From Vezdaea acicularis (taxonomy: Eukaryota), in assembly GCA_026025075.1 (NCBI GenBank), contig JAPEUI010000077.1, positions 1 through 64,000 on the forward strand: 64,000 bases of DNA, written 5' to 3'. Position numbers and translations under genes: made by a program. The notes below the pieces were generated by a model. That model was not told the origin of the DNA. It ran no database searches and worked only from the letters and a program-made list of their open reading frames with translations. Shown one piece after another: positions 10,775-22,213 of this stretch. Position 1 is the stretch's first letter. Each line of letters starts with the position of its first letter.

Positions 10775-13536
10775 TTAAGAAATTACCGTCTCGCTAGGAA
10801 AAGGCGGAGGAGCGCTCTTTCCTGTTGGTGGCATGGGCTTCTCATCGAAGTATTTCGTGAACTCCTTGTTGTCTTCGAAAGGCCTCTTGCCCAGGATGCG
10901 GATCATGTCATCACGTCCTAGTACTTCTTTGCTCAACAGCTCCTCGGCAATCTTGCCGACCTCAGCCTTCTTCTCAGTGAGCAGTTCTCGACACTGCTTG
11001 TATGCCTCATCGACTATCCTCCGGACCTCGGAGTCGATGTTCTGAGCAGTCTCCTCGCTGAAGGGCTTGTGAAGTTTTTGTTCGTCCTCCTCAAAGGAGA
11101 GATATCCAATCTTCGAGGACATTCCCCATTGTGTCACCATGGCCGTAGCCATACGTGTCACCTTCTTGAAGTCGTCGCTAGCGCCGCTAGTCACCGTATC
11201 AAAGTGCAATTCTTCAGAGACACGTCCTCCGAGCGTCATCGCCATACGGTCCATGAGTTGATGTACATTCATCAGATAAGTGTCACCTTGAGGGAGATAT
11301 TGAGCGTATCCAAGAGCGCCCTGGCCGCGGGGTATAATCGAGACCTTGAGGAGAGGATCCGCATACTTGAAATACCAGCCGCAGATGGCGTGTCCTGCTT
11401 CGTGATATGCTACAGTCTTCTTTTCTTCTGGACTTAAGACCAGAGACTTCTTCTCAAGACCTCCGATGACCCTTTCGATCGCCTGCTCAAAGTGCTTCAA
11501 CACAACTCTATCTGCACTCGTTCGGGCAGCTTTGCATTTCGTTAGCCACAGAATGCTACAGGTTTATAAGAAGTCTTACCAATTAGGGCAGCTTCATTCA
11601 CGCAATTGGCAATGTCTGCTCCTGAGAACCCAGGTGTCAGAGCGGCAAGACGTCCTACTAGCTGCTGAGTATCGTCTTCGGTAACGATCTTTCCAAGATG
11701 AACTTTAAAGATTTGCTTCCTTCCATCCATCGTAGGACGATCAATGGCGATATGTCGGTCAAATCGTCCTGGACGCAAGAGAGCTTTATCTAATACGTCT
11801 GGCCTATTTGTCCCAGCCAGCACGACTACCTGCTCTGAAGTGTTGAAGCCGTCCATCTCAGTCAAAATCTGGTTCAGCGTGCTCTCCCGTTCATCGTTAC
11901 CACCTCCGAAATTATTTTTACTCCGTGATTTGCCGATGGCATCTATTTCGTCGATGAAGATGATGCATGGAGTGTTGGCTCGCGCGTTTTTAAACAGATC
12001 CCTTACTCTCGAGGCACCAACTCCAACAAACATCTCAACGAACTCAGATCCGCTGACGGAGAAGAAGGGTACCTGGGATTCTCCGGCTGTCGCTTTGGCA
12101 AGAAGTGTCTTACCAGTCCCGGGGGGGCCTGACAGAATAGCTCCACGAGGTATTTTTGCTCCGAGCCTTTGGTACTGTCCAGGCTCTTTTAGGAAGCTGA
12201 CGAATTCCATTATCTCTGCTTTCGCCTCATCCATACCTGCGACATCCTTAAATTTGACTTTGATATCCGTCTCTTGATTGAACTTCTTGGCACGGCTCTT
12301 GCCAATGCCAAATATCCCACTCTGACCGCCAGCAGCTCCGCCTGCCCTCCGTGAAAGCCAGAATAACCCACCGACAAGAAGCAAGGTTGGTCCAAGTGAT
12401 AACACGGCGTTTAGCCACGAAATTTCATCTGTATATGCAACTGGTATTCGCTCTGAGCTTGGAATGCCTAGTTCTGTCTGGGCATCATCCAATTTCCTCT
12501 CGAAGGCCTCCACAGAACCTATACTGAAGTAATAGTGGAACATCCGTTGGGATGCAGGGGAATCTGGATACATCTGAGCCGTTGCTTCCCGATGTAAGTC
12601 GACCCGGACCCGAGTCCTGTTTATGACAGTGAGCTTTTCAACAAGGCCTTTGTCGAAGAAGGTATTGCGGAACTCCTGCCAAGTGATTTCTCGAGTGTTT
12701 TCGCCTGGCATGGCTGTCTTGTACACTAGATAGGCGGTGAAAGCAGTCATTAGAAGGGTACCAGTATCGAGTTTGAGCTCCATGAACTTGAATTCCTTCT
12801 TGTCCCCGCCGGCTTTGCCATCCGAGCCCTTTCCAGATTGTTGGCCTTTGCCGAATTGAGGCTGCTCGGGAGGAGCTTGCGAGCTCCCTTGCTCCGCGTT
12901 AGAAGACTCATCGGACTTTGAGCTTGACACTTTCTCGGCTGTCCGTCTCGCCATCTGAGTAGTGACCCTCACTAACTTCGCTGCAGTTGCCACATCCATT
13001 CCTTTCCCATCCTTGACCTGGATCATAAGGTCTCGAACTTCTTGAGGAATGCCTTCGGTCTTGATTTGCTCGAACACTTTCTCCAACTCTTGCGCTTGCT
13101 TTGGCGGCATGCCCATCCTAAGAATGGTTACCAATTTGTCTATTTGCTCCCTTTCTGCCTCAGTGATTTGGCTCATCCCATCCATCGACTTCGGCGTCTT
13201 ACGAGAGACATCACTTTTCTCCGACTCGTGGTTTTGCTCTTCAGATGGCGGGAGAGGATCGACCTTATTGTACGCATGCTCAAAGCCAGGCGCAGACTTG
13301 TTTATCTTCGATGTGCCTTTGCTGTCCTTTCCTCCTGCTACCTGCTTCGGATCCTTCTTTGCATCATCTCCCGTGCTTCCCTTGTCTGGATCTTCGGGAG
13401 AAGTGGCGTATGAGCGCGTCCTACGCGTGATTGGGAATCGAAGGAAAGGTGAGTGGGCTCCATTCTGTGGTATAGTTCGAAGCCTAGAGCCGGCCAGCCG
13501 TGCTATATTCCCTGAGCGGCGTGCAAATGGGGTCAT
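10775..13536 (-). CDS. AFG3: Mitochondrial m-AAA protease subunit (AFG3/YTA12, FtsH family)
   Basis: Walker A GPPGTGKT, Walker [22 protein letters not shown] zinc motif; N-terminal presequence from MTPFARRS; one intron ~11531-11579. Confidence 0.93.
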
Positions 13537-14050
13537 GTCGAAGAGCGCAGCACGAGAAGACCAAGACAGGATTGCCCGTCGTGGCTCTTGTGACTGACAA
13601 CTCAGGCTAACAAAAGCGTGCTCTGCCGCAGTGACATATGAGAGTTCGGACACTTGTAAAGAGTGTTTTCGAGATTTCAGTGACTGTATGGCAATAATAT
13701 GAAAATTGCGTCCTTCGCCTCTGCCTTAGTGCATGACGAGTGGATAAATCCGACGCCGTCGCTTAATTCGATAGCTTAGTCACCTAAATCATTCGACCGG
13801 ATGCGAGTGCACTTGTCTTTAATTCATAATTTTTAAGTCATTTGAAAGAGGGGTGGTCCATCACCCAATTGGACGGTTATCCCTAATGAATCGCTATCCA
13901 GCCATCTGCAATTCCCATCTCGAAGCGCCCTGCTGTTTCAAAGGCATTCTATGGTACACGCTCCATCCATTACAACAACGCTCAGCTCATCTTGATGTCG
14001 GACTTCGCAAGCATGAAAGTATAAAGTTATGAACATAAGCCAATACAGTA

Positions 14051-16929
14051 CTATTGTCCGTTCGGAACCTGCATATCATCACTGGAGAGCCCGAGGGGAT
14101 TGACTGCAGTCAAATCAGCCCAATCCCATTCCAAAGTCATTGGCATCTGCCAAAGATCTTGGGGAACGAAGGGCTGCTGGAAAGCTTCTATGTTGACAGA
14201 GGACGAATTGTTGCCGTTGAGATATTGCTGAGGAGCCACATCCATGAATCCTGGCGTTATACTAGTCGGTGCACTTAGCATGCTTGGCCCGTCAGTGCCA
14301 GAAAACTCGGTCATCCACGAAATGTCGTTACTGGGCGTAAATCCGTTCACATTGGCACCATAATTCTGCGGTTTGAGAGTTAGTTTGGCGACGAGAGCCA
14401 CGAACATAGTTTCTCACCTGGCTATTGAAGCTGTCCACACTTTCTGGAGTATATATGCCTGCTGGTGGCGCCGAGTTCGGAGCGGGCATAGGGGACCGCG
14501 GCTGGGGAACCTGTTGCGTCCTTGGATCATCTGCTTGGCTCTTTCGTTTTCTTCGCGTTGATGATTGTTTTTCTGCCTTGTCAAGTACAACTTTCGCTAT
14601 CCTCTCGAACTCAGAGCATACACCCAACATTCGCTTTATACTACCGTTTTCTTCATCGTGTGTCAGCATCGAGAGGAAGTTGACAACTAAGTTCATGAGC
14701 TTGACGTCTTGTCGTGCCTTCGGATCTAAAGGATTTTGTAGAATATTGGCGAAGAGGGTCACCAGTGCTGACACGGGAAAGTACAAGATGAGCCTGACGA
14801 GTCGTGAGCTAAGTTTCATTTGCAGACACAGTCAAGACGTACCAGACACAAGCGAAGTCACCTTGAGGAATATACTTGACTAGTCCAATAGCTGCCCTTG
14901 CAGCGGTAACGCAGAGCGCCGCAGAGGAGTACACCCGTGGGTTGAGTGGGCGAGCATTCAGTCCTTGGATAGCATAATTGGAGAGTCTACTTGTCCAGTA
15001 GCCGTGATGGACTGACATGCGGTGGATGGTGGTAAGACAGTTGTAGTAAGAGAAATGCAGAACCACAACGTGTAATATAAGCGGTGTATGTGATGCCTTG
15101 ATCTCGTGTTCTGGTCGAAAGTCTATCGGAATGTCGTCTTTCCACTCCTCAAGCTCACGATCAAGTTCCCCAATTGTATTTAGGAGCTCTCCGTCAGATT
15201 GCTTTGAAGCCTTCGTTGAGTACAATTGCTTGTAAACCTTACTCGCTATGACTGCGAAGGTACACATTAGACGAAAGAGATTTAGCTTCCCTTTGCCATC
15301 TGCCAATGGGATGTTTCCGATATTGTCTGCAGGGTCCGCAGAAGGCAGCTCGACGTTATAGTCATCGTCATCTTGCGCGGGTGGCCTGCCAGACCGCAAA
15401 CAAATGCTAGGCTATTATCAGTACCAGATGATGAAACGTGGCCTGAGCATTGCCTACTCTTTGTCCAACATATATCCAATCCAGAAAACTCTTCTACGCT
15501 GCTCTATCTCTTCGCGATTGAGATTGAAACCGGAGCCTCGTTTATGGAGCCCGATACTATGTGATAATCGAATTGCAGCAGACACTAGGAAGAACGATGG
15601 TTGCGGATTTGGCGTTCCTTGTAAAAACATCGCCTGAAGGCATCGTCAGTAGAATAATGTGGGAAAAAGTCACACGCTGAGTACCATCCCCAGTAGAGCT
15701 TGCACGCTGAGTAGATCAGTGTTGTGCATCGTCAATTCTGTCATAACAGCTAAGGCGTTTTTCAAGTAAGCCCAAGCTTTTCGATCCTCATCTCTTGGCA
15801 CTAGGTTGCTCATTACTCGTAGGCGGTGCGCAATGGCTAAAGCAACGTTCAAACTTGCCCACCATCCAGATCCCTCATACGGATTGCTCGAATAATGCCT
15901 TTCAACGAGATGCATGAACGTTGGCTCGTGGAAAAGGGGGAACATGCAGTTAAAGTTCTCGAAAAAATCTTTGAGCAAAGACATAGCTTCACACTTGTGA
16001 GGCAGTTCGGTATATTTCCGATGAGAAAATATGTCACCGAAGATCTCTGGCTTCCAATAGACCCATTTGTTGTCATCTAGCGATGAGGTCTGAATCATTT
16101 CCTGGAACGAGTTATCGCCGGTTTTCTCGTTGACCCATTGGATACCTTTAGGTGAGAAGATTGAAAAGCCGGAAGACGATCCTAGAAAGCGTCAGGACTA
16201 GAATGAGACCGTACGTTGTCACAACCCACCAATATATCTCGTCTCTCCGCAGTTGTTTGTGACTAATGAACACATCATGTCTGAAAGATCTACCACTTCC
16301 TCTCCCTCTTTATGGGTTTCAGGGGAAGCTATGGTGCTAGCACTTAGTGTAGGGGGACTAGACAAACTTCCATCATGTCCTGGCGTGTCGCGACTTGATG
16401 TTGATGGAGAGTGCTGAGCGAGTGAGTCCGAGCGATTAGATGCGCCCGACGAACCCACGCCATTATTCTGCGTTTTACCGGCGAGGCGCTTCTCTAATGT
16501 GCCGAGGTCTGTTCTACCATTGTCCTCCTCTGTGAGAGCACCTGAGAGCTTGAGTAGAGACTCCATCCTGGCAAGACGGTTTTCCAAGCCTTCGATATAT
16601 TTCGCCCCCTTAGGAGGGCTACGCTTCTTTTCGACCAGCGTGAAGACGCATTCGGTTTTGTAGTTAATACAATGTGTGCAAGCCGGCATTTTGCCGTCGC
16701 ATTTGATCTTTTTCTTGCGGCACATATCGCAAGCTCTTGCGATGCGACGTCTTTTCGCTTCGTTTGCGTCTTCAATGCTTTGAGCGGCCACATCATGGGC
16801 GAAGATTGGACCAGGAAGAGAGGGTGGGATCGGTGAGCCATCTGAAGTATATCCTCCAAAAACCGTTGGTGGGGGGTTCAAGACTGGAGGTTGAAGCCCA
16901 TTATTTTCATGGGAATTGCCCGTTTCCAT
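14051..16929 (-). CDS. atrR: Zn(II)2Cys6 transcription factor with fungal TF middle domain, AtrR/Asg1-like, multi-exon
   Basis: [39 protein letters not shown]...[15 protein letters not shown] and C-terminal [23 protein letters not shown] resemble Aspergillus AtrR as recalled. Confidence 0.8.
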
Positions 16930-18202
16930 CGTCGAAATTTGTTGCAAGGTAAGCCGTACAAAGCAGATGATCCGATTACAAACCAGCGATTCAAGGGCAG
17001 GGCACTGGGTCTGCCCGCGTGGAAGCGCAAAATGTTCCAGGAGCCTTCAAATCAGCCTGAGGTAGCTTTCGTATACCGAGATGGACAGAAAGCTCAGCGG
17101 GTTTGCTGGCTATTGACCGACCAATTAAGAAAAGAGTAGAGCTGGAGGGCAGGCATCGGCGAAACGGAAAAAAGAATGCCGAAGCTGCTCAAAGACCGAG
17201 ATGTCAGCGTGTCTATTCTTATGATTCGGAAGCTTCAGCTCTATTCCGAGCTTGCGCGTCGGGGATGGATGTATAGGGGAAAACCAACCGTGCAGTGAGA
17301 AGCTCTCATAGTCCTCTTCAGCGCGCGGTTCAGGTGGAACGACTCTACCATTGATGAACGCACTCGGGGCGATATCTCGCCGTGGGACCGGTGCATCGGG
17401 TCGTTTGTCAGCATCCTCTACCGCCGAATTTGGCCTTTGGCTGCGAAAGGATTCTCGCTTTCGATTGGCGATAATAAAGCGCACCCCAAGCCTGGGCGAT
17501 TACGTACCCTTCGACCCCACAAGGGGCTGTGCGCCAAACAGCAATTGAGCTTCTGCGAGCCAAAGGTTCGCCAAAGCTTAGCCAGTAGGAAATCGGACCT
17601 AGACTTTTATTAACCAAATCTGCCCTCATAGGCTTTCTACAGTATCAGAGATTCATACATGCACGTAAACGTCATCAGGCGCCTTACCAGCAAGCTCTTG
17701 CATCAACGGCATTCTGCCTCTTCGGCTGCTAAACAGGCGCTGTTTGCGGCGCTTGACCACACTTGACCACGCTTAAGGTCAGAGGCTTGAATGAAAAGTC
17801 CTGCTCTATTTGGCGACTCATTAAGATGAACCATTGAAGGGAACTAGAAAATTTGCTAATCTTTCAGTGCACGTGAAGGTTTCAGGAGGGAGCTTATGCA
17901 CGTGATCATACGTCGAGTTCTAAGTCCCCGTGCCCCACGATCCTCCCCACAATCCTCCGATCTGACGACCCTACCTACAATCACTCGGAAACTCAAGACA
18001 CATATCAGTTCACTTTAATGCGAGAGTCATAGTTTCGTAACACTCAAGGAACTTGCGAGGCTTCCAGGAGAATAGTTATCTCAAGCACGACTGTCCGTTT
18101 GATAGGATATAGTACGAAGGTGGGGTAGAGGGACCACCGACCTGGCAACCAGTTTCTCTGCCCTCGGTCTGGCACTGAATTGATATCTGGCACACATTCG
18201 AT

Positions 18203-18598
18203 ATGGGTCTCATCTTCAACACCTACCTCACCGCTAGGCGAGTTTATGGATGCAAGAACTGTAAGACGCACTTATCTAACCATGATGAGATCATCAGTCG
18301 GGTACGTTAAGAAGGAAATGTCCCAGGCTCCCCCTTGAGTTGGTTACTGACCCCCCCCCGGCAGAACTTCCGCGGTCAACATGGCAAGGCATACCTCTTT
18401 AATACCGTCGTCAATATCGATCAGGGTGAAGCCTGCGAACGCAACATGACAACAGGCAAACACACTGTGCGTGATATCCATTGCCGGCAATGCAAGGAGA
18501 CTGTGGGTTGGAAGTACGATAAGGCCTACGAGCCAAGCGAGAAGTACAAGGAGGGCAAGTACATCTTGGAGGAAGCTCTTCTATGCACTGTTTCATAG
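18203..18598 (+). CDS. MOH1: Yippee/Moh1 zinc-binding protein, 2 exons (18203-18301, 18365-18598)
   Basis: MGLIFNTYL..YGCKNCKTHL..IISR|NFRGQHGKAYLF...MTTGKHTVRDIHCRQC..GWKYDKAYEPSEKYKEGKYILE. Confidence 0.93.
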
Positions 18599-18772
18599 GA
18601 TGAGTAGCACTGGAGCCGTCGCTCGAGTTCAATTATACGCACACGCTATGATCTTCCTCGCTTAGGTTAGTGGGATGTTGTGTCTTTGTAGTTCGCTAGC
18701 CTCTATCTACCGGCAGAAGTATTCTACTCCAGACCTTTAACGAGTCACCTCCACAAAACTCGGAAAAATCCA

Positions 18773-18849
18773 TCACCTGTCCCTCACCTGTCCCTCACCT
18801 GTCCCTCATCTGTCCCTCATCTGTCCCCCACCAATCCCTCACCTGTGCT
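18773..18849 (+). repeat. 7 x 11-bp tandem repeat, consensus TCAYCTGTCCC
   Basis: Units start at 18773, 18784, 18795, 18806, 18817, 18828 and 18839. Confidence 0.95.
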
Positions 18850-18890
18850 CCGCCTCCCACTTCTCTGACTTCACTCTCAACTTTGTCCAG

Positions 18891-20178
18891 ATGTCTGCCG
18901 AAGATAGCCGCGACTCTGGTGTTGCTCAGGTCGATGATCCTTCTTTGTTCACGGAGTCGTTCGCTCGGGTGTCTCTAAATGATCCTTCCGGTCAAGACGC
19001 AGACCGGATCGGCCCAGACGGCCAGCCCGCACCAAGGACAGAAGAGGAATATGCGCAAACTCAATTGACGCTACGCGCTATCGTCTCATCCAAGGAAGCT
19101 GGTGTGATCATTGGTAAAGCCGGCAAAAATGTTGCAGATCTACGAGATGAGACGGGGGTGAAGGCTGGCGTCAGCAAAGTCGTGCAAGGCGTACACGACC
19201 GTGTTCTTACAGTAACTGGAGCCTTGGATGGGATTTCAAAGGCCTATGCTATTGTTGCCAAGGGTCTTTTGGAAGGTGCACCTGCAGTAGGAATGGGTGG
19301 GTTGGTCTCTTCAAATGGTACACATCGTAAGTCAATCTCACTTGGTATTCATGCACCAGGGCGTTGGGAGATTGGTAGAGAAAGCGTCAGCGATACCTTA
19401 TAAGACTTGTGGTGATTAATTGGCGACGGAATTTTCCTCCATGAATACTAGTTACACATGCTAACCATACGATACTGTAGCTGTCCGCCTTCTCATCTCT
19501 CACAACCAAATGGGCACCATAATTGGCCGCTCAGGTCTGAAGATCAAACATATTCAAGATGTGTCTGGGGTAAGGATGGTTGCTCAGAAAGAGATGCTAC
19601 CCCAATCTACCGAACGAATCGTAGAGGTACAAGGCACTCCCGATGGAATACAGAAAGCTATCTGGGAGATCGGCAAATGCCTCATCGATGATTATCAGAG
19701 AGGAACTGGAACCGTTCTCTACAATCCTGCAGTTCGAGCACAAGGTGGCACTGTGGCTGGAGCCAACAATGGAGTTATAGGAGGGCCGGGAATGGGCGGC
19801 AATAGCAGATCGTATAACCGCACTGGCAACGGCACTGATTTCAGCGATCAACCTACCGGAGCATTTAGCCGGAGATCAAATTCGGATGCTGCTAACAGAG
19901 GACCATTCACCACTGAAGATGGTGAGGAGATACAGACTCAGAACATAAGCATTCCATCCGACATGGTTGGTTGCATTATTGGCCGTGGTGGAAGCAAGAT
20001 CAGCGAAATAAGAAAGAGCTCCGGAGCACGGATCTCTATTGCAAAAGCTCCTCATGATGAAACAGGAGAGCGCATGTTCACCATCATGGGCAGCTCTAGC
20101 GCAAACGAGAAAGCGTTATATCTACTTTATGAAAACCTCGAGGCGGAAAAGATGCGACGAGGAGCCAGCCAGGAGTAG
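18891..20178 (+). CDS. rnc1: Triple KH-domain RNA-binding protein (Rnc1/Hek2/Pbp2 family), intron 19327-19480
   Basis: Three GxxG KH motifs: IIGKAG, IIGRSG, IIGRGG; ends LYLLYENLEAEKMRR. Confidence 0.9.
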
Positions 20179-22213
20179 TTGTAACCGAAAAAGCTACAAA
20201 AGCCAGCATCGGACAGTTCGGAATGCACCGCAGAATCTCAGTCACCAAAAACTCTCACAGATACAGCATAGCAAGGGCGTGGCGGCTGGAGTCATGAAGA
20301 TTGATTCGTTCCTCTTTCGACAGATGTTATGATGAGCAGCATGTGCGTGCTTGTTATCTCTATTCTCGACTCAATTCCGCGCTAGCCTTGGTGATGGCCT
20401 CCGTTATTTGCCGGCTCGAAAAGCATTATCATTATCTGTTAGCCACGATAAAGCCTTCGATTCACAGCCAAATATTCACTTATGTTAACGATGTTCTGAC
20501 GGTCTTAACTTTTATCCACCCTCTGCTCTCTTTTATGACTTACGACGCCGGTCCTCGAAGCGCGCAGGCGACATCCTCTAGCCTACAATATTGAGCGACT
20601 TTGCATCATTCTCAACCCTCACCTTTTCCTACTTGAGTTTAGGCTCTTCCACCACCCTTTCGATCGCTTTCTTACTTGCTGTTCTAAGCGCGGCCGAGCG
20701 ACGAGTATAACTCCCAGCCGTCTCACTGGACGGGCGATAACCTCCCCTCTCCTCACGTTCCCACCGTTCCTCTTCTCCTACACTCATCGTTCCACACCTT
20801 CATCATCTTCTACTACTCCTAACTCAAACTCTGCTCTGCTCATTCTCAATCCTGTCATCTCCTTGCTCTCCACCTTCCTTCAAATCGACTCTGTCATCAC
20901 TCAATCCTTCCTTCCTCCAAGACCACAATCCTGTCACGTCTGCTTTCCTCACTCCCTCAATCCAACGTGTAGCGATAGGTCCCTCAGACCGAGGTAGCTA
21001 AAAAGAAGTGCAAAGTCAACCTTCTGCATCTCGCATTGACGAACTCTGTCTGACCTTGACTTGTCCTAAGCCCGTTGATGGCCCCTAAGCATCGATGCCT
21101 ATACATCCAGGTAATCTATACCCCGTCTTCCCCCTACTGCACCAAATTGCCCTCGCTTCCGTCCTACTAGCCATCTCTCCCCCGCGTCAACGGGCGATAT
21201 GTGGCCAATTCCTCAGCAGTGACTGCCCCCCCCCCTCTCCCAGCGCGCACAACACCCAGCTGCGCATACCCTTTCATGACTTCTGCCCCAGAACCTGAGA
21301 TTTCACCGACCAAATCACCTTGCCCTTAGGGGCGCTGAAGGACATATACCCTCCCCTATGCCTCAACACCTTCCAGATGCATATCTGGCTAGAGGTACGA
21401 CCTGCTTCACGCGCACGCTGCAGAAGAGGGCTGTGATGGTGGTTTGGGGTGAGAGAATGTAGCCAGAGCACGTGCAGTTAAGGGTAAGTAGCGTGATGTG
21501 TGTCACGACTTCCTGGTCGAGTAGGTGGACGCTCTAAGAGAGGGAGAGATGGAAGGGAGGGGGCTTACGCGGATGGGAGACTTGCCGGGTGTGTGATGTC
21601 AAGACGGGTTCGGGCGTGAGGATCAGGAGTACATAATTTTAGAGGGCTATTGTTACAAGACGACCAATGAAGTGCAGGAGCAGGTGCGTGATTGTTTGGG
21701 GGAGTTTATTGTTGGATGTTCAATTCTGCATTCACCGGCCATTTGCGCGGTTGAGCAATGTGCTGGACATAAAGACGGGTCCAGAGAACGGCGGCAGATT
21801 CATCACGAACCACGCGTGAGATCGCTTGGTGGAAGATCCAAGCGCAACATCTCATCACAGCAAGCCCAATCCTCAAGAAGAATTCCAGAGATACGAACGT
21901 TGTATGATGGCCATAGCACGCCCGTCCAATTGATAGTGATATCGTAAAAGTACTGTACAAGACATGCCACGGACTGAAGCGCTACTCCCGCGCGTTCTAA
22001 GGGCACTTGGCCGGTTGCTCGCGCGAACATACCTCTCTCTGATGGGTATCAACCGTCTATGCATCCATTCCCCAGAAAAATAATAAGGAAAGAGATGTTA
22101 TGCAGGTGACTGTCAAAAGAAAAATCTAATCAATGCTTACTCTACCAGAAAGATACGCTGTCAGGATAATACTCGGTCATAGTGGAGCTGTTCAGTCATA
22201 ATGATGTTCCCTG

